NCBI RefSeq assembly: GCF_009914755.1
Contig: NC_060936.1
Source: the human T2T-CHM13v2.0 reference genome, Homo sapiens
DNA: 64,000 nucleotides
Strand: one strand, 5' to 3'
Shown here: in pieces, positions 1 through 15,563 of the stretch
Numbering within the stretch: position 1 is the stretch's first letter
Layout: each line of letters starts with the position of its first letter
Position numbers and translations under genes: made by a program
The notes under the pieces: model-generated
Told to the model about the DNA's origin: nothing
Seen by the model: only the letters and a program-made list of their open reading frames with translations
Database searches by the model: none

Positions 1-424
1 AAAGAAACAGATGTGTACCATTCCACGTGCCATGCTGCTATTTCAGACTGCACATTGTAGAGGGGCCCGTCTGAACAAAAATTAAATCGGTGATTCTCTA
101 ATACCAAGATAGATTCTGTGCAGCATTAGCACGTACATCTCACCCATGCCTTGAAAAAACCCTTCAGCAAAGGGTCATCAAGTGGGGTTTGGAGGGGGCT
201 GGGGGCTGGTGGCAGGGAAGTGCCAGGCTGGAGTTGGGGTAGGTCTTTGCTACACTTCCAGGAAAGTTTGAAATATTATGAAATTCTGCCCCCTCCAAAT
301 ATAATATCTCTGGGGCTGAGAGAGGTCCTGGGAAGCTTTATCTCTGATTTATTAAAATAGGGTTTTCTCAGCTCACACAGAGAGCCTCCTGGGCTGACCT
401 CTCCGTCTCTTAGACGGTGGAGCC

Positions 425-590
425 CAGTGGTTAAGAATGTGAACTCTGAAGCCAGACTGTCTGGGTTTGAATCCTGACTCTGCCACATACCAGCTGTGTG
501 ACTTTGGGAAAGTTACTTAACTTCTCTGTGCCACAGTTTCCCAATCTGTACGTGGGGACAGTTTATGCTTTAAGTGACTATTTATGAAGT
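425..590 (+). mobile_element. MIR SINE
   Basis: cagtggttaagaatgtgaactctgaagccagactgtctgggtttgaatcc...gttacttaacttctctgtgcc matches the MIR core. Confidence 0.85.
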
Positions 591-689
591 GTCAACTTTG
601 TGGTCAGGTCAGACTCTTCCTTTAACTTGGAAGCCACCTTCCTCCTGGGTGTTCAGGCCAAACACCCAGTAACCACGATTGATTCTCCC

Positions 690-1293
690 TATTCTCTGAC
701 ACTCCACAGCTGAGTCATCAGTAAATTCTAGAGTTCTTCCTCTGAAATATATAGACTCTATCTACCTCCACTGCTATGACCCAGGTCTAAGCCAGCATCC
801 CCTCCTGGCTGGACATCTACAGGAGCCCCCTTGAGGTCTCCCTGCCTCCATTTTTGCCCGTGTAGTCTGTTCTGGAGTTAAGGCTCAGGCCGCCATGTTG
901 CCTACAAGGCCCTGCGTGGTCTGGACCTGTTATCTCCCATGACTTTTCCTCTCCCCACTCAGCAACAGCCATGCTGGCCCACCCCCTTTTTGGCCTTTAG
1001 GCATGCTCCTACCCAGGGCCTCTGCACCGGCTTCAATAACTCACCCTTAGCTTCCTACTTAATCCTGCACCCCCTGCCCCACTGGGCCTCTTGCCCTGTC
1101 CTGATTTTTTGACCTACTATATTTGTGTTAACGACGTAAGATATCATTGTTTATTGTCTGCTTTTCCTGCTAGCAAGTCATCTCCATAAGGGCAGGGACC
1201 TTTGTCTCCTGTATTTTTGATGTATCTTGAGGATCTAGAACATTGTCTACCACATAGTAAGTGCTCAATAAATACTTGTTGAATGAATGAATG
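690..1293 (+). mobile_element. L2 LINE 3' end
   Basis: Ends in the typical L2 terminus cacatagtaagtgctcaataaatacttgttgaatgaatgaatg. Confidence 0.85.
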
Positions 1294-1508
1294 TATCCTA
1301 GGTATTGTGAGGCATTGTTCCCAGATAAAGGGAACAATGGCAATGAATAAATGAATCGTCAAGATTGTATGAATTCATGATATAAATAAGTAACAATTTC
1401 ATAAATATTGAAAGTTAGGACACATAGGGGATGCAATTCTGGCAAAAGTTTCCTCCTACCTGTAATGTGATTACTGATTCGTCACCTCTAATCAAACAAT
1501 GGGCTATG

Positions 1509-2050
1509 CCAGTGTATCCTAAACTTGAGTAATTCATACACTGGCTTTGAGTTTTTTGGGTCATATCAGATACCATCATGTGCCACCTTCATAAGTTAAA
1601 TCATGTACCCGTGCCTTCTGTGCAGTTTTTGTTTACTCTTTGTCTTTAAATCATATCACTTTTTAAAACTCATATGAATGCATTTAGAAAGGAAACCTAA
1701 CATCTGGTACCATAAATGGAAACCAATATTACTTGTTAACATGAAAGGGTATTATAAAAATAAATTAACATAAAATAGCAACAACAAAAAACAATGCCAT
1801 TAAGTTCTAAGTAGGCACCATCACCTGCCGAAGGCCGGGGACCTGTGGCCTGGTCTCTGTAGAAGAAGAAGAGCATGTGCTATGGAGAGGCCAGGGCCAC
1901 ACTGAGTCACCACTGGAAGTCATCAGAGGCTTAAAGGAGACCTTGATGGGGATGTTTGTCTCCCTCCAGGACTTGATGTTATTAAGGCCACACCTGTGCA
2001 TCAGAACCATCTGCAGACCCAGGACTCATGTCACGCCCTGGGAAACCTGG
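1509..2050 (+). mobile_element. hAT-Charlie DNA transposon fossil (Charlie4a-like)
   Basis: Begins cagtgtatcctaaact and ends gggaaacctg (degenerate TIRs). Internal ataaatggaaaacc and gcctggtctctgt blocks resemble the copy at 27440-28552. Confidence 0.6.
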
Positions 2051-2469
2051 CTGGTGTTGACTGTCTTATCCATGAGAAGACAATGCAGCCTTAGTTGCAC
2101 CCCAGGCATTACCTGCTGGTTAGCCTCAGTCTCCCCCATCCCTGGGTTGGAGGCAGAAATCTGTTGGGTGCGTTCTCCCGGTGCCCTGGAGGCTGCCAGC
2201 TCTATGTAGTGGTCTTTGATTGTACAAGTGTTTTGTGGTCGCCTATTATATGTGGCATATCTTTGGTTTGCCTTCTAATTTCCTTGTTTTTTTTTGAAAT
2301 CAAGCACCCATGCTCCCATCCCTAATCAAATTCACACTCTCTATGGGGGGGAGACAGCAAACACACAAATAAATAGAAATACACACAATTGAAACCCATG
2401 CTAAGAGCCATGAAGGAAACCACAGTATGTAAGACATTTTCATTTTGTTTTACTTTTTAAAAAATTTTT

Positions 2470-3110
2470 TAGCTTTTTATTTTGGAATCCTTTTAGACTT
2501 ATGGAAAAGTCTAAAACTTCTATTTCCCTTAATGCTAATATCTTATGTAACCACAATACAAATATCAAAACTAGGACATTAATGTTGTTATATTGTTATT
2601 TAACAGACATTCTTAAAAATTGCCAGCTGTCCCACTGGTATCCTTTTTCTGCTCCAGGAACCCCACAGCACAGGGTTGTTATATCTTGCTTGTCTCCTTC
2701 ATTCTGTTTTTTTACACTTCTTTTTATATTTTTTTCTATGACTTTAACACTTTTAAAGACTGCTGGCCAGTTATTTTTGAGAAAGTTCCTCAATTTGGGT
2801 CTGTCTGGTGTTTTCTCATGATTGGATTGAGGATGTACCTGTTTGGCCAGAATACCAGTGAAGTGCTCTGTCCTCCTCAGTGCACCATATCAGGAGGTAA
2901 CTGATGTGTCTTCTCAGCAGTGATGGTTAAGTTTGTGTCTGCCCCGTTTCTCCACTGTAAAGTTGCTGTTTCCCCCTTTGTAGTTGGTAATAATAACACC
3001 TGGGAAGATTGTTTGAGATTACACATTTATCTTGTTTTGCATCATCCTTTTGCTTATAACTTTTGGCATCCATTGACGATTCTTGTCTCAAATGCAGTAA
3101 TTTCTAAGTG
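2470..3110 (-). mobile_element. Old L1 (L1MC-like) 3' UTR fragment
   Basis: T-rich; cctcaatttgggtctgtctggtgttttctcatgattggattgagg block, also present at about 12420. Confidence 0.7.
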
Positions 3111-3179
3111 AATGACTTAGAAGTGAATATTGTAGAAGAATCTTGGCTCTTCCTGATCACTTCTTATTTGAATTTATTT

Positions 3180-4658
<1,479 letters not shown>

Positions 4659-5064
4659 ATATGAAGAGGTGAACTGGTAGCAATTAGACATCACATTAGA
4701 CATCGTTAGACTTTTACTGCCTGGTGCTGAAATGAAGGAAGGTGGTCTGTGTGCTCAGGGGGTCTGGAAGGCTTTGAGGAAACAGACATTCTTGACCTGG
4801 AGCATTAACTAGCAATGCAAGGTATGGCTTAAGTACCTGAGGAAGTGCTGTGGGTAGGAAGTGACATCAGGTTAAGGTCATTAGTGCAGTCCACGGGGGT
4901 AAATCAGGGCAGGCCTCCTGGAGGAGGAGGCTGTGGACGATGGGCAGGTTTTGGATCAATTAAAGGAAAATAGGAGACGGTGTGTGGGTAGGGCAGTATG
5001 ATCAAAGAATCTGGTATGCCTAGGAAGCTCTCGAGAGGCAAGTTTTCTGAGTGATTAGAATCAA

Positions 5065-5240
5065 TAAGGCTTGGGGTGAAATCTCAACTCCCCTCCTTAC
5101 TGTCTATGTGACTTTGCACATGTCACTCCACCTCTCTGAGCCTTGCCTTCCTCTCCTGTACAGTGAGAGTAGTAATAGCACCAGTCTTTTGGGCTGTGAA
5201 GAGTAAATGAGATAAGGAAGCTACCAAGCCTAGTGCCTGG
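5065..5240 (+). mobile_element. MIR SINE
   Basis: tgtgactttgcacatgtcactccacctctctgagcct...aaatgagataag. Confidence 0.7.
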
Positions 5241-5379
5241 GAGCAATTTGACTGTGATGCTTGGTGCCAGTCTTAGTGGTGTCTAAGTGGATTCTGGAAG
5301 CTGCCTCAAAGACACACTACAGGGACACGCCCGCTGCCCAGCCCACCCTCAGCAGTGGCTCCCACCCCCTATGCACCTG

Positions 5380-5590
5380 TCACATGCAGGGCTTGCTATG
5401 AGTTTCTTATGTACGTTGTCATCACTCATCCTCAGGACAGCTCTGGAAATGACTGGTTCCTCCATTTAGAGATGAAGAAACAGGCTCAGAAATGCTAAGT
5501 CACTTGCCCAAGGGTCACACAGCCAGAAAGTGACAGAACCAGGACCCTAACCCAGATCGGCCCACTTCAAAGCTCATGCCTCTCTCATGA
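5380..5590 (-). mobile_element. MIR SINE
   Basis: gatgaagaaacaggctcagaaatgctaagtcacttgcccaagggtcacacagc. Confidence 0.8.
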
Positions 5591-6649
5591 TCCCCCATTT
5601 CAAAGGTTAATAATCTTAATGCTTAGTTTTTACATTTAAAAAAACAGTCACCTATTTGAGGAACAGTCCCCATGTGGCAACAAAAATTCAGGCTTTACTA
5701 GTCTCTTTTCCCAAATAAAACTCAGATTTCCCTTGAGGAAAGTGTGCAGAGACACAGATGCTCTGAAATCTGCAACCTTGGAGCCCAGATCAAGTCGAGA
5801 GCTAAGAGCTTAGATTTTGGTAGAGCTTGGAAATGAGGACAGGTGAGTGTTTCCCAAGCTAACTGTCACCTGCACATTGTGCTTAGCTGACACTAGTTCC
5901 AAATGTTATCTGCTGCATTTAGGGAGCCTGTTTCCGTTAATAAGAACATGGTGCTTACCCCCCAAATCTGCCTTGTTTTCTCTCCCAATTGCATTGGAGT
6001 CTGTGAGCTCTGATGGAGGCTGGTAAGAAGTAAGTGTAAATTTCAGATGCTTGAAGAGCCTGTGCACAAAAGTAGATTTTTACCTGAGCTGATTACTTTA
6101 TCTCAGATCACAACTTTGGAAAATTGGAGTATACCTAGATTATGGTGGTGGCCAATATCTTAGTGAACACTTAGTTTGTACCAAGCCACACTTAGATATG
6201 CCATGGCCTTAGCCCCTGCAGTCATGCTAGGAGGCTGGAATGATTGTTTTTAAGCCTGTTTTACAGATGAAGAAACAGAGCCTCTGCCTCTGCCTGCCTG
6301 CACCTGCTCCCAGGTGTGCAGTGTTTGTTGGTAGGGCTACTTGTCTGCAAGTGGCTGGGGCATGACGTTGGCTGACCTTGACACCCAGCATCAAGACCCT
6401 CCTTTCCTTCTCCTGCTCAGCGCTTCCCTGTGCCTGGGTGCTGACTCCCTGACTGACATGCTTGCAGAACAAGGCTCTATCACACCCTGATACTGAGTTC
6501 TCATTCTTCAATTATGCTCTCCTTGTACTTACATTTTGTTTCTTTTAGTAAGTCTATCCCAGTAATTTTATTTCAAATGACCTGGAATATTGTTTTTTAA
6601 AAAAGAAACCCCAAGGAGTTTTATACATGCCCTGGATAAGGTATATTTC

Positions 6650-6945
6650 TTAACGTGGTAAAAAACAGTTGACATGAAATCGACCCTATTAACACATCTT
6701 AAAGTGTACAGTACAGTAGTGTTAACTACATGCGCACTATTGGATAGTAGATTTCTAGAACTTGTTCATCTTGCAGGACTGAAACTACACTCACCACATA
6801 GCAATGTCCCATTTCTCCCTGCCCCTTGGCTCCTGGTAGCCACCATTCTACTCTGTACGTCTGTGAGTTGAGTTTGAGTCCTTTAGGTACCTCATAGAAT
6901 GGAAACCATGCAGTATTTGTCCTTCTATAATTGGCTTATTCATCT
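6650..6945 (-). mobile_element. L1MB 3' end
   Basis: aagtgtacagtacagtagtgttaactaca...ccaccattctactctg...catgcagtatttgtccttct. Confidence 0.8.
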
Positions 6946-7809
6946 ATGACTTTTTAAAACTTAACTTTAAAATACACAAGTAATACTGTAAAACAATAAT
7001 CTGCAACAATACAGACAAGGCCAGCGTCCATGTTGACAACCCCCTTCCAGTCCTGATTGCTTCGAAGGGGTAACCAACCCATTTACAGTTTAGTGTTGAA
7101 CCCTAAAGAGCACTTTCTCATGCCCCATTCTTTGTATCTGCTCGAAGAGCTCTATGGTAAGTTAACTAGTCATTCTCCCATCAGTGGGCATTAGTTTGCC
7201 TCCAGTTTTTCACTGGCACCTCAAGCAGTGCTGCAGGGGACATCCTTGCCTGCCACGTTGAACACAAACAAGGATTTCTCTGGGGTCGAGGCAGCAGGGT
7301 AGAGTGGCTCAGAGCCTGGAGCCTGGAGCCAGTTTGCTGGCTCAAATCCTAACTTTACCATCTATAAAGTACCAGTTTTAAACTTAAGTGTAAATAAAGT
7401 TAAAAAATGAAGTCTCAATTGAACAAGGGTCCCCAGAGTTGCCAGCCCCAGGATGTTTCACCATCCCTTACTGATCCCCACAACCCTGCCTATACCTCTG
7501 TGAATAGTCCCTTCATGAGACCTTCTGAAGCCCTGATGGGTACAGTGGTGTGTTAGCACAGCGGTAAAGAAGGAAGCTGCCTGGATCCAGCCTAAACCAC
7601 CTTTATGGCTTTGCATGATGTTTCCCAGGCTGAGAGTGAAGGTCTAGGGGCAAGCAGTGTGGGGTCTGCCTCCCCGTTGGAAATTTAACCCTATGAGATA
7701 GAGCTGGCAGTTTTCAGTGCCTAGTAGTGTTTTTTGGGCCTGAGTGAAATAGGGTTGGTGGCACCCCTAGGACTTTCTATTCCTTGTGTTTCAGACTCAG
7801 AATATTGAG

Positions 7810-8035
7810 TGTGTGTGTGGCAGGCACTTTGCTATGTGCTTTTTATCCATCCGTCTTATGTACTTCTTTTCAATGATCTTCAGAGGTAGCAGAATGAGCA
7901 TCCTTACCTGTTACATGAGGAAACTGAGGCTTAGAAAGATAAGTGACTTCCTCAAATCCACAAAACCAAGAAGCTAGGGTTTGGACTCAGGTCTTCCCAT
8001 GCCCAGAATCTGAGCATCTCACTACTATGCTAGGC
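7810..8035 (-). mobile_element. MIR SINE
   Basis: catgaggaaactgaggcttagaaagataagtgacttcc. Confidence 0.8.
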
Positions 8036-8069
8036 TCAGAGAGGCCACATCTTGAGATGGTTTAATAGA

Positions 8070-8490
8070 AATATTCATTAGAGGAAAGTGGATAAATGAA
8101 TAGCTACATATTTATACGGATGAATGCTCTACAGATATGAAAATAAATTCATGTCTCCATTCTTGGATAAATCCCCAAGATTTGAGGCTAGGTGGAAGAA
8201 CAAAGCAAATTATTAGCTTATATCTACAGTAGCATACAGTTTAAAACGTGCAATATATTCATAATTCTATTTGTTGTATATAAACACATTCCTGTTTGGT
8301 CATGCATATATGTGGACATCATAAACACCAATCAAGGGACTGGTTATCTCTGGGGAAGAACAAAGGTTGAAGGGTGTCTAGGGAACTTCAACTGTATCTG
8401 CATGTTTTATCTGTTAATCTAGTTGGTGGGAGACATGGGTTTTCATTTTATTCCTCTCCATACTCTTTTACATATTGGAAATATTTTATA
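8070..8490 (+). mobile_element. L1ME 3' fragment
   Basis: gtggataaatgaatagctacatatttatac...tggttatctctgggg resembles an L1ME 3' UTR. Confidence 0.6.
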
Positions 8491-8497
8491 TTTTCCC

Positions 8498-11400
8498 ATA
8501 TTTTATTTTGAAAAATTTTAAACATGACAAAGTTAAAAGAAATGTATTGTGAGAATCCATATACCCACCACTTAGATTCTACCATTAATATTTTACTGTT
8601 CTTACTTTACTACATATCTATCAATCTATCTCTTCATCCATCAATCCATCTTATTTTCTGATGTGTTTAAAAGTAGTTTGCAGACATTTGTTCACTTCCT
8701 TATAAATAGCTTAGTATGTACATTATTAGCTAGGATTTGATATTTATGTGATTTTGACTGGAATTACATTGACTATAGAGATCAATTTATGGAGAATTAC
8801 CATTGTAACAATGTTGGGTCTTCCGATATAAGAACATGGTATATTTCCTCATTTATTTATATCTCCTTTGATTATCTTCAGCTATGCTTTGTAGTTTTCA
8901 TTGTACAGATCTTGCACATCCCTTGTTAACTTTATTTCTTAGTATTTTATATTTTAATATTATAAATTGACTTGATTTTATTTTCATTTTAAGATGTTTT
9001 GTTGATAGGATATAGCAATACAGTTGATTTTTTTGTGTGTACTGAGGTTGTATCCTGTAACCTTGCCAAATTCACTTATCTGTATCTTTATACTTAAAAT
9101 GTGCCTCTTGTAGATAGCATACACTTGTGTCTTGTATTTTTTATCTGTTTTGATAATCTGTATTTTAATTAGTATGCTTATTTCATTAATATTTAATATG
9201 TAATTTCATTAATGTGCTAGTCTATTAATATTTAATGTAATTACTAATGTTACCAGATTTGGGGTTACCACTTTATTATTTGGTTTCTCTTTTTCTTTTT
9301 GTTTGGTATTCCTCTGTTCTTCTTTTCCTGCTTTTTTTTTGGGCATTATTTGCATACTTTTAAGAATTCTAGTTTAACTTTTATATAGGCTTTTTAGCTG
9401 CACTTTCTTGCATTATATTTTTAGTAGTTGCTTCAGAAATTACCATATACATGCTTAACTTTTCACAGTCTATTTTGAGATAGACTTTCCATAAAATGTA
9501 GATAGTAGGTCCACTTAACCATCCCATGTCCTTTATGTTAATGTTACTTTGTATAATTACATAGATATATGTTAAAAACCCTCGAAGAGAATATTATAAC
9601 TTTTACTTTAAATAGTTATATGTATTATAAAGACATTAGGAAGAAAAAGCAATAGTAGCCTTTTGCATTTATCCAGATTTTGCCATTTCTGATGTTCTTC
9701 ATTCCTTTCTGGGGATCTAAGTTTTCATTTGTTGTTATTTCCCTTCAGCATGTATGACTTCTCTTGGCAATTTTTTGAAGTACATATTTACTGGCAATAA
9801 ATTCCTTTAGTCTCTTTTATCTGAAAATCCTTTATTTCATTTTTATTCCAGAAGATTTTTTTTTGCTATTTGTAGAGTTCTGAGTTGGCAGTTTTTTTCT
9901 TTCAGCATTTTAAAGATATTGTTCTACTTGATTTAAAAATTATATTATAGTTGTACATATTTTTGGGCAGATGTGATATTTTGATACATGTATAAAATGT
10001 GTAATTATCAAATCAGGGTAATTGGCATATCCATCACCTCAAACATTTTTCTTTGTGTTGGGAACATTAGAATTCTTCTCTTCTAGCTATTTGGAAATAT
10101 ATAATAAATTATTGTTAACTATAATTTCCCTACTCTACTATTGAATACTAAAACTATTTCCTTCCATCTACTGTATTTTTGTATCCGTTAATCAACTTCT
10201 CATCCCTCTCCTTCCCACTTCCCTTCCCAGCCTCTGGGAACCTTCATTCTACTCTCTACCTCCAAGAGGCCCACTTTCTTTTTTTTTAAGCTGTCATATG
10301 TTAGTGAGAACATGTGATATTTGTCTTTCTGTGCCTGGCTTATTTAACACTTAACATAATGGCTTCCAGTTCCACCCACATTGCTGCAAATGACAGGATT
10401 TGATTCTTTTTATGGCTGAATAATATTGCTGTGTGTGTGTGTGTACACAGCACATTTTCTTTATTCGTTCATCCATTGATGGACACTTAGGTTGATTCCA
10501 TATTGTGGCTACTGTGAATAGTGCTGCAGTAAACGCAGGAGTGCAGATATCTCTTTGATATGATGATTACCCACCAACAATGTAGGAGTGTTCCTCTTTC
10601 TCAGCATCCTCACCAGCATTTGTTATTTTTTTTATTGTCTTTTTGATAGTGCCATTTTAACTGGGGTGAGATGGTGAGATGTTTTGATTCACTTGCTTTT
10701 GACCTCCATAATTTCTGATAAGAAGTCAGCCATTAATGAATCAGTCACCTGTAGGTGATGTGTTGCTGTTCTTTTGCTGCTTTTAAGATTTGCTCATCAT
10801 CTTTGCCTTTCAACGGTTTAGCTACAATGTGCAGAGGTATGGACTTTTAAATGTTTATCCTGCCTTGGGTTTGTTGTGTAGTTAAATTTGTACATTTATG
10901 TCTTTTATCAAATTTGGGAGAGTTTCAGTCATTATTTATTAAAATATTCATTTCTGCCTCATTTCCTTACTCCTCTGCATCTGGAATGTCAATTACACAT
11001 ATACTAGACTATCTATTATTATCTAACAGGCCTCTGAGTCTCTGTTCATTTTCTTCAGTCTTTTTTCTCACTCATTTTACATTGAATAATTCCATTGATT
11101 TATCTTCAAATTCATTGATTCTTTCTCCTGTCATCTTTATTTGGGTATTAAGTCCACCAGTGCAATTTTACTTTTAGCTATTGTAGTTTTCGATCTAGAC
11201 TTTCCATTTTGTTCTTTTATTGTCATTTTTATTTGTTTGCTGAGTTTTCATGGCTTTTTATTCATTAAGAGCGTATTTTCTTTTACATCACTGATGACAG
11301 TTGTAATTAGCAACTTTAAAATGCTCTTCTGGTAATTCTAACATCTGGGTCATCCTCAGGTTGGTTTCAGTTGATTGTCTTTTCACTCTGGAATGGGTCT

Positions 11401-12770
11401 CATTTTTAAAAATCTTCATATTTTGGACAATTTTTTATTGTATCTTGAATATTATGAATGCTAAGTTGTGAAGACTCTGGATTCTTATTTTTGATTTTCC
11501 AGTAAGTGTTGTTTCTTTTGTTTCAGCAGGCAATTAATTTTGTTGTAGTCAAACTGCAGATCTCTTTCTTGGATCATAAGTACAATCTCAGTATGGATCT
11601 TTTATCTTTAGCTGACATGCTTTGAGACTGATCTGCATATACAAGATTCAATATTCAACCAGAGATATTGACAGGTAGAATTTGAGCATTCTCTCTTTCT
11701 CTTCCATGACTCTCTCATCTCTCTTTAGCTGCCATCTTGGACTCAGTCCTGTGGTTCCCTACCTCCCAATCCCAACTGCATTTTTTTCCAGGTTGATGCT
11801 CTCTCTGCATCCTACAATAATAACTGCATTATTCTCCAGGCTAAATGTGACAAAAATGGGGGAAATTCTTCCTCAGAGTGGGTCTTCCTCTGAGTATGGA
11901 CTCCCCTCCATGATCTTCCTGTTTTTGTTTACTCTCTAGTGCCTTTGGATAGCTACTTTAAAAATTATGTCTAGAGTTTACGTAGGACCAACTCTAGTAT
12001 CTCACTCAACCATTACCAGAAATAGATTTAGTTCATTTATATTTAATGTAATTATTGATGTGGTTGGAATTAGGTCTGCTATTTTTTATTTTTCTCATCT
12101 TAGTTTTTTTCTTTATTCCTTCTTTCTTGATTAATCTATTGTGTTATCAAATATTAGTATTTGATTTTAATTAATCTATTGGCTTTTTAGCTATATCTCT
12201 TTGCATGTTTAAGTGATTGCTCTAGGGATCATAGTATATATCTTTAAATTTATCATCATCTAATTAGAATTGACATGTTATTTCTCTAGGTAAGTATAGT
12301 TACTTTACCGCAGTATAGTCCATTCTCCACATCTTTGTGCTATTTTCATATATTTGATATCTATATATGTTTTGTTTTGGCACTTTTAAGATGACAGATA
12401 TTTTGTAGATGGTCTCTTAATTTGGGTTTGTCTGCTGTCTCCTCATGATTAGATTCAGGTTATGCATCTGTTGCATTAATGCCACAGAAATGATACTGTG
12501 TTCTTGTTGCATCCTATGAGGTTGTGCATAATTTTAATTTGTCTCATTACTGTTGAGGTTCACTTTAATTACATAATTAAGGTGGTATCTGCCAGTAGTT
12601 TCAACTGTGAAGTTACTGCTTTTCTCTTTGCCGTTAATAAGAATTTTGTGGGGTGTCACTATGTGATATTATGTACACATTCCACCCCTCATCAAATTTT
12701 TATTTATTCATTGTTTAATTTACATTTGTATGGAGTCATGATTTCCTTTTTTGCATGGATTTGCCCAGTG
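8498..12770 (-). mobile_element. Composite of nested old L1 fragments (L1MC/L1ME-type 3' UTR plus ORF2/ORF1-derived pieces)
   Basis: About 4.3 kb strongly T-rich, with recognisable antisense L1 blocks (gagatcaatttatggagaattaccattgtaacaatgttg; tttctgataagaagtcagcc; tcaaatttgggagagtttcagtcattattt). Confidence 0.8.
9930..10680 (-). mobile_element. L1MA 3' end nested in older L1
   Basis: gatacatgtataaaatgtgtaattatcaaatcagggtaattggcatatccatcacctcaaac...gatggacacttaggttgattcc. Confidence 0.85.
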
Positions 12771-13073
12771 GGAGGCAGCAGTGGAAGACTAGGATGGGAA
12801 AAGGTAGAGAAAGTAGAGAACTTCCCTCTTGCTCTGCTTCCTGATATGTCTCTGTCAGAGGCTGCGTATCCTCCATAGCTTTGTTCCTATAGGACACATG
12901 CTCCTCAGGAATAGACCCTGCCAGGAATTTAGCTCCCACTGGATGGTCCTAGTTCCTGGGCTTTTAGGTAACAACATCTCTTCCCTGTGTCTTGCTTGGA
13001 AATACAATTTTTTTTTACATTCAATTTGTTCCATGACAGGAATAAAACATGTGAGGTGTTGTTCCTGTCATGA

Positions 13074-13612
13074 TTTTTTTAAATTATACTTTAAGTTCTA
13101 TGGTACATGTGCACAACGTGCAGGTTTGTTACATATGTATACATGTGCCATGTTGGTGTGCTGCACTCATTAACTCGTCATTTACATTAGGTATATCTCC
13201 TAATGCTATCCCTCCCCCCTCCCCCGGCCCCATGACAGGCCCCGGTGTGTGATGTTCCCCACCCTGTGTCCAGGTGTTCTCATTGTTCAATTCCCACCTA
13301 TGAGTGAGAACATGTGGTGTTTGGTTTTCTGTACTTGCGATAGTTTGCTGAGAGTGATGGTTTCCAGCTTCATCCGTGTCCCTACAAAGGACATGAACTC
13401 ATCCTTTTTTATGGCTGCATAGTATTCCATGGTGTACATGTGCCACATTTTCTTAATCTAGTCTATCACTGATGAACATTTGGGTTGGTTCCAAGTTTTT
13501 CCTATTGTGAATAGTGCTGCAGTAAACATACATGTGCATTTGTCTTTATAGCAGCATGATTTATAATCCTTTGGGTATATACCCAGTAATGGGATGGCTG
13601 GGTCAAATGGTA
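13074..13612 (-). mobile_element. L1PA (about PA4-6) 5'-truncated 3' end
   Basis: ttatactttaagttcta.ggtacatgtgcacaacgtgcaggtttgttacatatgtatacatgtgccatgttggtgtgctgca is near-consensus primate L1 3' UTR. Confidence 0.95.
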
Positions 13613-14980
<1,368 letters not shown>

Positions 14981-15039
14981 GTGAGTTGATGGAAACAGGA
15001 AAGGCAATGTCTTTCTACGTTGTTCCAATGTTTGACTGG

Positions 15040-15563
15040 TGTATTAGGGTTCTCTAGAGGGACAGAACTAATAGGATATATGGATATATGACAGGGAGTT
15101 TATGAAGGAGGATTGACTTGCAGATAGGCCATCTGCAAGCTGAGGAGCAAGGAAGCCAGTAGTGGCTTATTCTGAGTCCCAAAGCCTCAAAAGTAGGGAA
15201 GCTGATGGTGCAGCCTTCAGTCTGTGGCCAGAGGCCTGAGAGCTCCTGGGAAGTCACTGGTGTAAGTCCAAGAGTCCAAAAGCCAAAAATCCTGGAGTCT
15301 GATGTTCGAGGGTAGGAAGCATCCAGCACAGGAGACAGATGAAGGCCAGAAGCCTCAGCAAGTCAGCTCCTTCTACCTTCTGCATGCTTTCTCTAGCCAC
15401 ACTGGCAGCTGATTGGATGGTGACCACCCACATTGAGGGTGGGTCTTTCTGAGTCCATTGACTCTGACTCAAATGTTAATCTCTTCTAGCAACACCCAGA
15501 AACACCCAGATAGATGCAGAGACAATCCTTCAATCAAGTTGACGCTTAATATTAATCATCACA
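15040..15563 (-). mobile_element. MLT2A (ERVL) solo LTR
   Basis: tgtattagggttctctagagggacagaactaatagg...caagttgacgcttaatattaatcatcaca; TSD actgg/gctgg. Confidence 0.92.

Noticed and set aside
5838-5848. Consensus donor CAG|GTGAGT
   Set aside because: No convincing upstream acceptor or adjacent pyrimidine tract; isolated donors are expected by chance.
9090-12370. Similar blocks at about 9200-9470 and 12030-12260 suggesting a local duplication
   Set aside because: Highly diverged; best explained as the same region of two nested old L1 copies.
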